Positions 23,506-37,600 are shown, counted from the stretch's first letter. The stretch: 64,000 nt of DNA from Isurus oxyrinchus (GCA_026770705.1 JANJGN010000041.1:5022001-5086000); one strand, 5' to 3'. Made by a program: numbers and translations. The notes: generated by a model from the letters alone, not told the origin.

Positions 23506-25589
23506 ATAAAGGTGTGTGTGTGATTAGGAGACCATCCAGCAGAGTTTCGCACTTGTATTTATACCAGCAACCCCGTATAATCTGAGGACCCATTGAAGGG
23601 CTGCATGTCAATTCTTACATCGGCAGTATTCTGGTGGTCAGATTCGAAACCCCAGAATAAACAGAAAAATTCCTTCTTTTTAATTATACTTCAGGAACAA
23701 GCAGGTTCGAAACATCCTTTACAAATCATTGGTTCTGGAAAGCTTTGTTTTGTTTTCACTCAGATTGTTTTTGGTGCATAGAACTCCTCCCTAAAATGGT
23801 AGCTGAATAAGCAACATTCAAATGGTTAACACTTATTTTCTACTTTACTCTCCCGTGGGAAATGGCGTCACTGGCAAGGCAAGTACTTGTTGCTCATCCT
23901 AAATTGCACTAAATTTAAACGGTTTGTTTGCCCCACCAATGAAAGGTTCGGAATCAAGCACATTGCTCTGGCTCTCGTGTAACACAGAGGCCACACGACG
24001 TTTGAACGGCAGATTTATTTCCCCAAAGACCATTTTTGAAGCTGATGCGTTTATTTGTTTTTCATTGTGCAGCAATTGTTATGACGCAACAGTTGCTACT
24101 GGCTGAGATTTTTAAATCCCGAAGGAAATCTTGAACAGCTCTCATAAGCTTTGTTTACAATTTGTATATTTGAGTTTCAGCTCTGAAATCAGGAATAAGA
24201 CCAACAAGCCTCAGAAGTACTTTTTTTATATATAATTGAGCAACAAATTACGCGCGTTCAATAATAATTTTTAAATAAATCCCTAAACTAATGACCATGT
24301 GATAAATCTTCACCAAGGCAACAATAACCCATAGACTTAACGCAGAACCAGGCAAATCACATTTCACTTTACACATTTAAATTGAGGACCCTTTGCAGGC
24401 TCACTTGTGGGGTTACAGGCTTGTTAGATGTAATGCCTCTGTTTGACACAAACACACTCCTTTTTGTTTATATTTAGCTTCCACTTTGAATTTAAATGTT
24501 CCACAGCATTACTAAGATATTCTTTAAAGTTATTCCTCTCCCAAAAATAATCATTTTATTCCAATTATTTTACTAGTAATATCAACACATCCCTTGGCTT
24601 CTCCCATGTAACTCTTTCGAGTACAAACACGTTTCCATCTGTTCGTATTCAGATGAAGTTACATAGTTTGTCATTGTGAGATTTGAACTCTTGATCTTGG
24701 GGTTACAAACCCAGTACCATAACCTCTCCAATGTAGCTGCAGGATTTTAACCTACTTTTGAGTGGTTCACTTATAATGCAAGTTGAAATTTATCTGTTTA
24801 ATTGCTTACAGTTACATAAATACCCTCTCCAAATCACTCTTCGTCAAAACAGCCAGATCAGCTGGATTTAATCCAATTAAGCCAGGTACATTTCATTTCA
24901 ATTTTGAAACAATTTCACGTAACTTCATAGGCACTAATGGCTTTATGAAAAAACTAACAATGCTTTTTATGGTCACCATTACTGCAATGTGTTTCTCAAT
25001 TACATATAATTAATTGCAAGTAATTTCCACCAGCTGCCCTGATGGGGTTTGAACCCGCGTCACCAGAACGTCAAACTGGGCTAGTGGATTCTGAATCACG
25101 TTAGCTGTGCATGCACATCAAACTACTTCATCTGCAGGCCTCATTGCTAAATGCTTCAAAGTCAGATAACGGTGATTGGTTCATGTTATCACTCGACACA
25201 AGCACGATGGGTTAAGTGATATCCATGTGTGTGCAAACATTTGTAGTATATGATTCTATGATCAAAATTTTAGCATCAGTAATCGTGGTTTACCAATGGG
25301 TAGATCACAGACATTAAAAACAGAAATTGAGACCCTCTGTTCGGTCACGTAGCACGATTAACAACAACATTTACTCACACACATTTTGTTCTTCATGATT
25401 TGTGCAACGAATTCTTTTGGAGGGATCTTGCTGAGCAAACACTGAGTTCCGCACTTTTTCCTTTTCGGCATTTCAGCACATAACCAGTTCGACATGGGCT
25501 TCAAAGTTTTTTGTTTTCTCTGAGATTTTGTAAGTTTCTTAAACGTTCAAGTATTTATTTATTTTCTATCTCTCTCTTACTCTCACGCG

Positions 25590-26560
25590 ACATGTGTTTC
25601 CAACAGTTCATCCTGGAGCGGGTGCCAACTGCATTTCCGGGGCTTGTTATCCATTTGGAAAGAGTGACGGTCAATGTTACAAAATCTGTCTTCATGATTC
25701 TTAACCACTTGCAGGCCAACCCACACCCACAACCCCCAACTCACCACCCCCCCCACCCCACGCCCGATCCCACCCCCCCCCCCCCCCCCGCCCGCCCCCC
25801 ACACACACATACACATTGTACCCGCCGGAAACGAGAGGATATCAGGAAATTTCAGTACCTTGGTCTGCAATTTGCGGTGCTATTTTGGAGTCAGCCACAT
25901 TGCTGTGCATGTGGAATCATGTGTCTGCAAGGCAGATTGAGGTCGACAGGTTCCCTCCCTTAACGAATATGATTTTTCCAATGTATTTCTTTAGGAAAAT
26001 CCGTTTTTTTACGTCATTGCTGGTGAAAATGTTTTTATCGTCCCACATGTAAATAATTAACTACATTTAAAATGCACCACCGTTTATGTGTAGGATTTGA
26101 ACAAGTCTATTTATGAACTTTCTAGACCTCTAGGAAGCTTGTTCAGTAAAATGACCGATCACCGCCGCTCAAGTCATTGGCGTAGAGATGATTATCAGGA
26201 ATTGGCTTTCATTCCTGATTCTGTGATTTTGACTATGTTGGAGTCGTTCGTGAGTCCAGGACCATTTCTAGCTTCACCTTCCTCCGTGTAAATATGTCGA
26301 AAATCTGATTCGAATGAGAAATGATCCATGCAATAGAGGCGATTGCTAAAAGGGCCTGTTTTGTTCGCCTGATTTATAAAGCATTTCATCAGGAGTCAGG
26401 ATTCATGAGTCCTCCGCAATCAAACAAACCATGAATTGAAGTTAGATTCTGTCGAAGCCTTGGACAGAATCACATTTATATACATTATTGTCGTTCGTTT
26501 ATTCTTGCAACATTAATCGCCCAAATAATACGACTAAAGCCTCATCGAAACACTTTAGCA
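25590..26560 (+). pseudogene. Heavily decayed intronless class A GPCR (P2Y/HCAR/chemoattractant-like; not GPR139 family)
   Basis: Ordered remnants across frameshifts: TM1 FIL(G).GANCIS; TM2 SVFMILN; ECL1/TM3 KFSTLVCNL..IEVDRF; TM5 EMIIRNWLSFLIL*F(C)YVGVVR; TM6 MIHAI.AI...CFV; TM7 LLSFVYSC.IN.PII..SSKHF. A C-rich/CA tract is inserted at 25711-25815. Confidence 0.55.
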
Positions 26561-27759
26561 GTTTGAACGAGAGATTTGCGTTTCAAAATTACAAATGAAA
26601 TCTAGCAATGAATATATCACAGGAGATTGTTTCTCTGACCTAAATAGCATCAGCATATCAGAACATTACCTGTTGACTTTTCTGAAAGTGTTAGACTGAC
26701 GTCAGGTACATCATGGAGCCTGTGCTATTGCATAAAAGTGAATGTCTCCTTGATGTGTTTATCCCTGTAGGCAAAATAAGTAATGAAGACATGAGTAAAA
26801 TATTTTCTTTTCCAGCGGTGAGTCTGGAAGTCTGGAACCAGCTGCCTGAGTGTCTAAGGAAAGCAGCTGCAATCAAAACATTTAGAAGGGAATTTCGACC
26901 ACAGGTATGTTTCAACAGCAAAGCACCAATTAGAACCTGCATTCAGTATATTACTAAATCCTGACCTGCAGTGTTGAACTATGGAAAATAACGTTATTTC
27001 GAAACTCGATACTGGAGGGCCTGCACAGAGACTAGCCATGAGTTGGCCATGAATCGTATCCCGGGTTACTGACTACGGCAGGAATCTCAGACATTGATCA
27101 GACTGTCAGAATGGTTACTGCCGGCCGATCAGTTGCATATTCCCGTTACATATTAAAATGACTAATATGCTGCTTATAACAAAGGAGGTCTCTTACAATT
27201 CAGTTGATTAGGTGTGTAATCCTTGTGCAAATATTATGTGTTTTTTACAGTCAACGCAATGATCAACACTTCAAACTTACATTCCGATGTATCCCAATAT
27301 AGACGTTGCAGTTTAACATGGTCGTTGAGGGTGGTCTCGGTATTTCTTGTCATCCACGAATCCAAACCATAGAGACAATATGTCAGAGACACCAGCTATG
27401 TTTTAGAATATTCGAGACAGCCAGAGAGAAAAAAAGCGATGGGAGTATTTGATTTATTCTTTCACAATTTAATGATGGCTGCTGGGATGTTGAGCGTATA
27501 TTGTCCATTCATAATTGGCAATGTTGATCAGCTTGATAATGCCAGGCTTCCTGGTTCAAGGCAGAGATCAGTCTTAATGAGGTGGCAGTGGACGCAGGGC
27601 CACATGTTCGAGATACTGACCTCTGCTTTGGGAAAGAGTGAGGAAATTAAAACGTAGATCCAAAAACGAAAGAACAAGGAGCTAATTTGACATCTGACCA
27701 TGGGGTACATAATTAAGAAGTTTGAGCCCGAGTGTTGCAGGGCAGGCGTTGCCCAGGAC

Positions 27760-29050
27760 GTTACATTTTGTGCGCACTGGAGAGCTGCTTTGTGCTGCAG
27801 TAGAGTTCTTCAGTTGGAGTTTGGTGACTGACTGAATTATAGGTTTAAATAAAGCGTAAGATGAGGTCTAAATTGTAGTATTTGTATCATAGATCAATTA
27901 ACGAAAAGTGGCTCTTAGAGGTGGAAAAAGATCAGTTTTAGTCCAGCATTAAAATAGGGCGCATACAGGCTCTGCTTGTAACTGCAACTAGCTAAACAGG
28001 TAACCAGCTGAATGAGTTTTTCGGAAGCCATGTTAAGAGAGAATAAAAGTAAGGTCTCTTATAGTGCTCTCCTTTGTCTGCACTGGCGAGCAGAATTGGC
28101 TACTGTAGAGTGCTTCAGTTGGAGGTTGGTGACTGAGGGAGTTTGGTGAGAAGGTACGACGGCCCCTTTCTTTTTCTACCGTTCCTGAAAAAATAGGTAC
28201 AGCAGCTTTGGCAAGTACGACCTGGTGAGTAAATTAGAAACATGTCTTCCATTTTTAAACAAGTATATATGGTTGGATATAACCAGGAAGAACCAGGGAT
28301 AAGTGAAAATTAACACCAATATAATACAGTAATTTAATATATAAAGTGCAAAGTAGAATAAAGTTATTGTATGTGACGTGGATTTAAAATTTGGCAGAGC
28401 AGTTCAGTTGAGTGGAATGCGTTTCTTGTAATATGTGCTAACTCATGTATGCTACCAGTGCCTTAGATGACGACATGTGCAGGAATTACTGCCAGCTGCA
28501 TTAACCTGCGCTCGAGTTTCAGAGCCCGAGTGATGGTTACAGTCTTTGTGGCGCATCGACGAGTCTGAGAAATAAGTAGTTAAGCTCCAACTCTGCCAGA
28601 GACAGAGGCGGAATGTGTGACCAATAGGCTGTCCAAGAGAAGTAGGCAGGGAGTGCAGGAGGCCTCAGAGGTTCCATTCACAAATTGATTTTCTATTTGG
28701 AAAGTCGGCGAGGGCGCTCAGACGGCTGTAGTCCGAGTGATGTTTGAGGCACCATGAGCAGCTCAACTGTAAAGGAGGTGGGGAGAAAGACAGGAAGTGC
28801 AATGTTGACATGGGATTGATTGGGTAGGGGAAGAGACTGTTGTTCATGGAGTCGTAGACGTGACTCCAGGATTGTATGGCGCCTCCATGTTGTGAGTTTC
28901 AAGGGTGTCACCGAATGGCTGCAGTAGATTCTTGTGAGGAGGGTGATCAGCCAGAGGTCGTTGTCTACTTTTAACCAATGCATTAGATAAGAAGAGCTTG
29001 TCGTCCTGCAACGATAATTTGTTGAGCAAGGTAGAAAAATAGCAAGCAGG
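27760..29050 (+). mobile_element. CR1 LINE 5' part (5'UTR and degenerate ORF1)
   Basis: AEQFS*VECVSCNM..DDMCRNYCQL zinc-finger region and RRRDSRIV esterase region; truncated near 29050. Confidence 0.75.
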
Positions 29051-30870
29051 TTCTCAGGCAGAATTTTCCGATCCCTCTGGTGGCGGGCGTCATGGCTGGC
29101 ATGTGTGGAAACGATGGCAGGACCCATTTTACCACAGCAGTAAGGCAGCTCGCGATCTTCCATTCAGCACGCCATGTTTCACACCAACAGTTGGTGGGGG
29201 TCTATTTGCAATATATCAACAAACAATTAAAAAGGCCAACCTGGCTGGCTCTTGGAACGCTGTCATGTCGCCCGTCCACGTCGGCCATAAGGCACGCTGA
29301 CACCTCTTGTCTGTGTCTCAATTCTTTCTCAGATCACTGTGCCTCCATATTCACAGGGAGGGAAACGAGGTCAAATAATGGCAGGGTCACAGTGGCATGT
29401 TATAACTCCAATGTAGACATACATACAGAAACATTGAGTTAAGGCGATGCGCAAATCGCGTCCCCAACATTCCCCGGGTGTCCCGTGACCCTCTGGCAGG
29501 TCTGTCCCTTCCATGAGCTGCACATCTTTCCGCCTTCGCCCAGACCGGATCTTCAGCAGCAAATCCATCTTAGGCGTTGTTAAGAGTCCGACGCCATGTT
29601 CGGCACGGGGTCCAAATCCATTTGCTCAAACAGGCGTCATCACAACTCAGTCACTGTTGGGCTGCTCGATCATATTGGGCACCTTCTAGGGGTCGCTTGG
29701 GCGATACGAGACCTTGGTCATTGGCATTTTGCAACACGCTCCCTTGCCTGGAGGAGCGGAGTGGGAGAGGAGGTGTGAGCAGGACTAGTGGCAACAACTG
29801 ATGCTGAGAGAGAGACGCAGGAGTGTGAGGCAGTGCCCTTGGCACTCCTCCGTTCAGGGCATACTTCATCCTATGTAGCTTACCCACCAGTACCTGCACT
29901 GCTCTGTACGAGAGGCTGCCCACCAATCCCTTACTCTGAGAAGCATCCGGCATTGTACTGCTGTGAGCCAGGCTGCCCACCGCCAACGCTCTGTGGAAGT
30001 GGACATGAGGAGCCCACATAGGTGATCCACATGGAAATTGCCTCTGTTACAATTGAGCTTTAAATGTGAAGCTTTATCTTTTTGGGTATCTCCAGGCAAG
30101 TTCCAATTTTGGTCATCACAAATTAGGGCCACATGAGAAACGGACCTTTAGCGCCTGCACTCACCCTCACCCTGAATCCCACCCGCAGTGTCTACCCATT
30201 GGACAGTTGACAATCTGAGTATGGTCGACCCAGACATGTGTCAGCTGTTGGATCCTATAGTGGGCTGATTCATCCCTGTCAGATGCTCACACCTTGTTCA
30301 AGAGTGGCAGACGGGATGACACTTGCTGTCCGTTCAGTTCCATGTTCCAGGGAAATATGTAACAGGCCGGTAATCTGCACAAAGTGACAGATGTTCGCCA
30401 AAACTCTGATGACTGTCATGGAGTTCTTTATACACTCATTGCATTCCAGACATCCCCAGACTTTTATCCCATTCCTGGAATAAGGAGCCTAGTTTAGTGA
30501 CCAGCTGATGCCCAGGGAGACAATTAAAGACCCATTGAATGGAGATTAAAAGAGTCATCACGGCTCAGAAAGACACGCGGACCATCCCAACCCATGCGGA
30601 GAGAAAGTCCAGAGTGTGCAATGCTGTCAGGTGCACTGGGAAGCCGGAATGGATAGAGGATTGTTGGAATGAGGTAATGAAGAGGAGCTTTATCAGGGTT
30701 GGAGCTACCGATTTGGGAGACAATCAAGATGTCAGGGAGTGGGTGTAAGATGAGTTAGGGGCGTTAAATGGACGGGTGAAGACTGTATCTCTGGGTGTGT
30801 TCAGTCACACCAGAGAAGTGCCAGGGTCTCACTGTAAGTAGTGAGTGATACACTGACACTAGCATGGATG

Positions 30871-31115
30871 GGCCACACTAGAAGCACAGCTCACATTTTC
30901 GGTCTCCATATTTACTTGCCGTGGCCACACTGGGAACACCGTGCGCTATTCTGGTCTCCATATCCATCAGATTGACCATACTTGGAGCACCATGCATAGC
31001 TCTGGTCTCGATAACCCTTGGTTAGACGATACTTGGAACACAATGTACAGCTTTGCTCTTAATATCTCTTGGTCTAGCCACACCTGGAGCATTATGCACA
31101 GTTCTGGCCTCCCAT
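30871..31115 (+). repeat. ~51-bp tandem repeat x5 derived from a CR1 RT segment
   Basis: Units (ggccacacttggagcac.gtgcacagttctggtctcca) start near 30871, 30923, 30974, 31025 and 31076. They encode the CR1 motif RPHLE.C.QFWSP. Confidence 0.8.
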
Positions 31116-31454
31116 GACTTTCATCAGGATTATGGTGAAACTTGTGGATGAAACAACACTCGAAGACTCGGTAACCAGTGAGGACCAAAGATATCGATGG
31201 AAGAAGGAAGTAGAAAGGAGGGCAGAATGAGCAGTAAAGTGGCAGATGGAATTTTGTAGAGAGAGCTATGAGATAATCCACTTTGACAGAAGGGATACGA
31301 AGAGGCATTATTGGCGTCATGACACATTGTTTAAAAGCATTGAGAGGCTCAAAGATATGAGGTGTTCTGACCTAATATCTTTGATATTTGGAAGGGGAGG
31401 ATGAGAGAGCAGTTAGTGCAGCTTGGAAGTTACTGAGTTTCAACGTTTAAAAAT

Positions 31455-32190
31455 CACTCATGGGATGTGGGCATCGCTGGCTAGGCCAGCATTAAATTCA
31501 ATCCCCCCACTCCCCCAACTGAACCTTGAGAAGGCAGCGGTGAGCCGCTGCAGGCCCTCTGGTATAGGTACAACGACAGGGCTGTGAGGGAGGGAGTTCC
31601 AAGGTTTCCACCCAGCGACAGTGAAGGAACAGCCGATATATTTCCATGTCAGGAAAGTGAGAGGCTCGAAGGAGAAATTCCTGGTAGTACTGATCAATGT
31701 GTCTGCTGCGCTTGTCCTTCTAGATAGTGTATGTCGCGGGTTTGGAACGTGCTTTCGATGGAGCGTTGGTCAGTTGCTGCACTGCAAATTCTAGATGGTG
31801 CACACTGCTGCTACTATGCATCGGTGGTGGAGCGAGTGAATGTTAGTGGATGGGATGCCGATTAACTGAGTCTGCTTTGTTCTGCAAGTTGTTTGAGTGT
31901 TGTTGGAGCTGCACTCATCCAGGCAATTTATAAGTATTTTATCACACTCCTGACTTGTGCCTTGTAAATAGTGGACATGCTTTGGGGAGTCTGATTGTGG
32001 GTCACTTTCCGAAGTATTGCCAGCCTCTGACCTGCTCTTGCAGCCACAGTATTGATATGCCTGGTCCAGTAGAGTTGTTGCGCAATGGCAACCCCAGGAT
32101 GTTGAATGTGGGAGATTCAGAAAAGATAATGGCATAGAATGTCAAGGGGAGATGTTTAGGTTCTCTCTTACTGGAGATGATAATTACCAG
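31455..32190 (-). mobile_element. LINE 3' part (L2/CR1 group)
   Basis: ESPTFNILG..HSLHHRCIVAAVCTI..LTWKYI..FTVAG.K.WNSLP on the minus strand. Same family occurs on the plus strand at ~40590-41300. Confidence 0.8.
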
Positions 32191-32279
32191 ACACATAAAT
32201 ACAGATATTATATACAAAATAATGGGAATTTATTCTGAACAGTTATAAATCCCTGGTTAGGTCACAGCCGGATTACAAA

Positions 32280-32760
32280 CCCCTATGTTTCTTCCCCCTT
32301 CCTTTTGCTTTTATCCAATGAATTATATAGATTTTTCTTTTTTCCCTCCTATTTCCATTATTTTTTAAATATTTTAAAATCATTTCTGCTCCCTCCACCT
32401 ACACTAGAGCTATATCTTGAGTGCCCTACCATCCACTTTAATTAGCACATTCGTTCAGATAATATCACCAACTTCGACACCTATGTGTTCTTTTGTTCTG
32501 CCGTCTGTGACATTTTTTGATGATCTGCTTCTATCATTGCTTTTGCCTACATCCACACCACTCCCCTCCACTTCTCTCCCCCTCCCAACCCGCCCCCCCG
32601 CACCCCCACCAATCTTAAACCAGCTTATATTTCAACCCAGCCTGTGATTCAACCATTTCTGTCGAAGGGTCATGAGCACTCGAAATGTCAACTCTTTTCT
32701 TCTCCGCCAATTCTGCCAGAACTGCTGAGTTTTTCCAGGTAATTCTGTTTTGTTTTGTTA
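32280..32760 (+). mobile_element. Non-coding 3' tail of the Penelope-like family
   Basis: Closely similar to 38590-39070 (ctagagct...ttaattagcacattcg...ctgctgagtttttccaggtaattctg). Confidence 0.85.
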
Positions 32761-33974
32761 TTAATCACTGTTACATTGAAATACAGGCTGCCATTTTTGA
32801 TCATCCGGAGTGCTAATCCAACAAATTACCTCTCCCAGCACCCTTTCATTCGCCTGTGATAATGACCCTCACAGCCTAACTGACCATGGTTACTAACCAA
32901 CTTTTAGTGACCGTGGAGGGGAGGTGGTGCTTTATTTACGCACTGCTGCCGTGCTCTATGTCGCTTTCTGGTCATCCTGAATGTCCCAATGGTGACTTTT
33001 GTGAGGATTTCAGGAGAGGGCAGCCGTGGATTATCCCTGTAAAATTACATTTGGAACGATTTCCCTCTGTCAGGAAGCAGGAAATGATACCTGACATTTC
33101 AAATAGTCTCCAGTCTCCCGATGAGGAATATCCGGGACTGGTTGCTGTCCTGTTCTTTAGATCATTTCAAACAATGAAAATAAATGGACCTTTATATATT
33201 CTTGTGCCATGCAGGTCTGCTAATTCATATATCGATTCTTCTCTGTTAAAGTGGGTAGATTTTAGGGTTGAATGGAATTGGGAGCGCGCTATAGGCCAGC
33301 ATATGGAATAAATTAAAAAAGTTGGAGACAGACAGTCAAAAGAAAGGGAGTGTCCTCCAAACGTCCGTATGTCTCTGAAAGTGGTAACCCAGGATCTCTT
33401 CTGCAGCCTCAGCTGCCAGCTCAGTAAAATGCACATACAATATGCTCCAGCATGGAGCTTTATATCAAAGATTGTTAGTGGCATTCAGCGAGATGCTGAC
33501 CAAATTATCGAGATCTGTGTGGAAAATTGGAAAGGTGCTTTTATTGAGCTAACTGGTTCGCAAATCTTTGACAGTACAGGCAAAGCTTGAGAGAGCGGGG
33601 CCCATTCACATACGCAATAGATAATAACTAGGTTATTCTAGGAAAGGTAATCAACTACGAGAAGGGTGTTGTGCCCATGGCTAACTCAGCAAGACAAGTG
33701 CCTTTTACCTGGAAAGAACGGTGTACAATGAAGCCAAAATTAGCACTAGGCCAGGTAACTGAGAAAATGTTGGCACATGCTAAACAGTTCCCAAAGACAA
33801 TTCAGTTGGAGACATTAGGATATGCCTGGCAAGAAATGTGGCAACATGCATAAAAAGAGCCTTCAAACAATCATGAAGCAAAAGAGGAACTAAATGTTAG
33901 TCACATAGTGGGCGAGCTTTGGGAATTAAGCGGGGGGTGGGGGGGTGCATGGGGAAATTGCAGACGATTATATT

Positions 33975-34325
33975 TTAAACAGCGCAAAATCCCACTCAGG
34001 TATCACCAATCTGGCGAAAGTATTATAACAAGCACCAATTTTATGCACTGATCAACACTCTGTTCATTGTATTTTAATGAGCAATAAATCCCACTCATAT
34101 ATTACCACTACACTGAATGTACTTTAACTAGCACTAAATCCCATTCATTTATCAATACCCCGCTGAATGTATTTTAACCAGCACTAAATCCCATTCAATT
34201 ATCACCACTCTGCTGAATGTATTGTAGCCAGATCAAAATCCACTCACACTGCTGCATGTATTAACCAGCTGTAAATTCAAATCACTTATCAACAATTTCT
34301 GAATGTATTTTAACCAACAATAAAT
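33975..34325. repeat. 50-bp minisatellite x~7 (aaatcccattcatttatcaccactctgctgaatgtattttaaccagcact)
   Basis: aatccca recurs at 34087, 34137 and 34187. Confidence 0.9.
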
Positions 34326-34539
34326 AAAATCTATGGTCGGGGAATCTTAAAAAAATTGTATATAATAAAATTAGGGAATTAGTTTACTAAACATATCCTA
34401 AATATATGTCAACATGACGATTTTATGCTGATGATTTAAAGTTGCTGCACAAACGCGTAACTTTATGTGGTTAGTTAATCCAAAATCAGACAGCAGTTAA
34501 AGATATTGCTGAAGGATTGGTTACACATATCAGTCAGAG

Positions 34540-34880
34540 ACTCAGCCAATCCAGGAGCTCTGTCCGCTGGCTGGCAGGTAGCACAGCCAATCCGGAGCTT
34601 CACGCAGTGACTCACACACCCACTACCCCAAACCATATTTCCACAGCGACTCTATTAATTCACCCACCCCGTGATTGAAAGCCTCTTCATTCAATCGGAA
34701 AGCTTCATCAATCAGCCTATTAGGTATTCCGTTGACTTCACCTGACACAATCGGAAAAATCCGGCCAGTGACCAATACCTACCTCAGCCAATCTGGTAGC
34801 ATCATTTGAAGGTTAAAGGACGCAACAGCCAATCTGGGAATACATTTGGTAACTTGGGGCCGCCTTCAACAATCAGGCAG
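34540..34880 (+). promoter_or_regulatory. Cluster of CCAAT-box-like motifs
   Basis: agccaatc near 34544, 34585, 34787 and 34827, accaatac near 34771, plus four caatc variants. Function not shown. Confidence 0.4.
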
Positions 34881-35149
34881 CCGTTTGCAGCACTTCACAG
34901 ACGTTACAGCTGATTAGCAAGTTTGATTTGCAGGCTGACATAGATAAGGCACCCTTGGCTGCATGGATGACCAGATATGCAGAACGTGGCACCCGGATAA
35001 CGCGCTTGAGAAACGGGTTTTGGAGTTCAACCGTCAGCTGAATGCACAGTGGTGCTCTGCGGAGGCGGAGGCTTTTATACATAGCATGTTTACTTTATTA
35101 CACACAGTTATCACACGTTGTAAGTAAGTGCAGTCAGAGAAGAAATGGG

Positions 35150-37600
35150 TGATCAAAATCAGAACAAGGGAAGCAACCAGGTAGTCAGGAAAGGGTTAGA
35201 GTGTTTCTTATTTAAGAACGATTTCTTTTTCTGTGTTGAAAATTGGTGAAAGTGTTTATTCCTATGGGGAATACAGCCAGAGCCCAGCTGAACAATCTTG
35301 GCGATGGAGAAGGCGTGGAAGAACAATAGTGTAGGACACTCAAAATTGTGTGTCAGAGTCAGGTGCATCAGCGGCCATAGGCGTGACTCCAGGATGGTGT
35401 CCTGCTTCCCTGGAGCCAGGGTCAAGGCTGTCATTGAACTGCTGCAAGGAATTTTGAATGGGGAGGGCGAGCAGCCAAATGCCGTGGTTCACATTCATCC
35501 TAAAGGCATATGTACAAAGGGGGATGAGGAACTGCAACAAGAATTTAAGGAGCAAGGTAGCAGCTTGAGAAGCAAGTCGTCGAAGAATGTAATTTCTGGA
35601 TTAATTCTGATGTCACGTGCTTTTTTAAATAGGAATAGGCGCGTAGAGTAAATTAATTTGTGGCTGAAGGTTTGGTGCAGGAGGACTGCTCGACGTTCCT
35701 GGGTCACTGGGACTGCTTCTATTAGAGGTGGGATGTCAGGAAGTCCGAGATGTATGACCTGAACCGTAAATGCAGCACAATTATTTTTTGGAAGGTCAGG
35801 GGGTCGGGGTGTTGGTGGGGGGTGGGGCGGGCGGGTTGATGGGTGTTGCTGAGTATTGGAGGTTTGCTCGTGTTGTAAGTGAGGGTTTAAACTTATTAGG
35901 CCATCGGATAGGATACACAGCGGAGGTAAAGTAAAATGTGATTTATAGGCAAGTATAGAAGAAAAAACAATTCAGTTGGTACGGCAGAAAATATATAGTC
36001 ACGTTAAAGCACCAGGGAGTTTCACAAGGATGGATGCCAATTATTCTATTCCCAGGAGTCCTGTGAGTCGGGCAGATGAATTGAGGGTGTTGACTAACAA
36101 AGGGGAATATGATACTTTTCCACCCACAGAGATCTGGTGAAGGAGAGAACAGGGCTGGTAGTTGGATCTACTGAGTATGGAATCCTCAGTCGAGACAAGG
36201 CTGGCGTTGAGGGGAGGGTGGTCACAATAGAGGAGTTGATTCAAAACATTGATAAGTGAGTCAATTGCTGCAAAGAGGAAGGATGGTATCTTAGAATTTT
36301 CCTCAGATAAGGCCATGTGGTTCGACCTTAAATTCAAAAAGGGGCTAATCACTTTGCCACCCCAAAGAGCCAAAGAGATAGAAAGGGTGGCATATAGGCA
36401 AGTCTGAGAGAATTGTAAAAATAACAAAGCAAAAATAGTAGGAGGTTTCCACTTCCCCCTAATAACCTTAATATACCAAGTGTGGAAGGCTTAGAGGTGG
36501 CAGAATTTTCAAAATATACGCAGGTGAGTTTTTCAAATCTGGCAAGTATGAATCCCACAAGAAAGGGAGTGCTGCCGGACCTATTATTTTGGGTACAAAG
36601 CTGGGCTAATGGTAGAGGTCTTAATGGGGGAGAATTTCGCTGATTATGTCCATAATTCAGTAAGATGTAAGGTAGATATTGAGAAGCATAAAATGTAGCA
36701 GATATAAAGCTCCTGAATTGGGGTGAGGCTGTTTTTTTAATAATTTAATACACGATCCTGGCAAAGTGGACTGGGAGCAGCCACTTGTCCAAATACGTGC
36801 ATCAGAGCAGAGGGACTCTGGCAAAAATGAACTAGTGAGAGTGCTGCGACAAAATATTCCACAGAGCCAGGGATTTCGAGGAAAGTAATGGATTGGATTA
36901 GGAAAACACAGGAAACTCCTCGTGGAAGCCGAGAAATCAAAAGAGCGGATGTCCAAGAGGAATATGGAAAGTGTGTGTGGTTACTTAAATAAGAAAATTA
37001 GGAGAACGAAGGAGGGGATTTGGAAAACACTGGCAAGTAAAATAAACTAATGCTAAAAGGTCTTTTATAAGTATTTTATGGTCCAGTGGATGACCAGGGA
37101 AAACGCAGTGTGCATTAGGGGAAAACAAATAGCCATTTGTATGCGGACTTGGGACACGGAGCTGGGAATTTAAATGTGCTCTGTGCATCTTTATTTAGTG
37201 TAGAAAAGGGTGATGGAGGTATAGAAATCAGGGACGGGGACTGTCATGCACCTGAACAACTTAAGATTGCAAGGGAGGAGATATTAGATATTATAGCAGA
37301 CTTTGAAGTAGATATATCCCCAGATCTAGATGAGTTGTTTTCCAGGCTACTGTGCAAGGCAAGGAAGGAGAACATATGTTCCCTGAAATTAATTTCAAAA
37401 TCCAGCTTCGCCACAGGGGGGTCCGAGATGATTGAATGCCAGCGAATGGGGTATCATAATTCAAAATAAGTGCCGGTAAATAAGGGATCTCTCAGCTAGA
37501 GAATCTAAAATCAGTGGTGTGGAACATTTTGGGGAAAAATGATCAGTCGGAGAGGCTTAAACTCCCGTTGGCGAAAGTTATTAATGAGGGATAGTCAGTA
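35150..37600 (+). mobile_element. Degenerate CR1 LINE (ORF1 esterase and 5' ORF2)
   Basis: GHRRDSRMVSCFPGARVK..VVHIH..VISGLILMSRA..RNRRVE, then endonuclease and EEILDII..VDISPDLDELFSRLL. Confidence 0.88.

Noticed and set aside
29055-30500. GC-richer block with many short overlapping ORFs
   Set aside because: It begins with a ggcagaattttcc terminus suggestive of a DNA transposon remnant, but no domain or second TIR could be confirmed.
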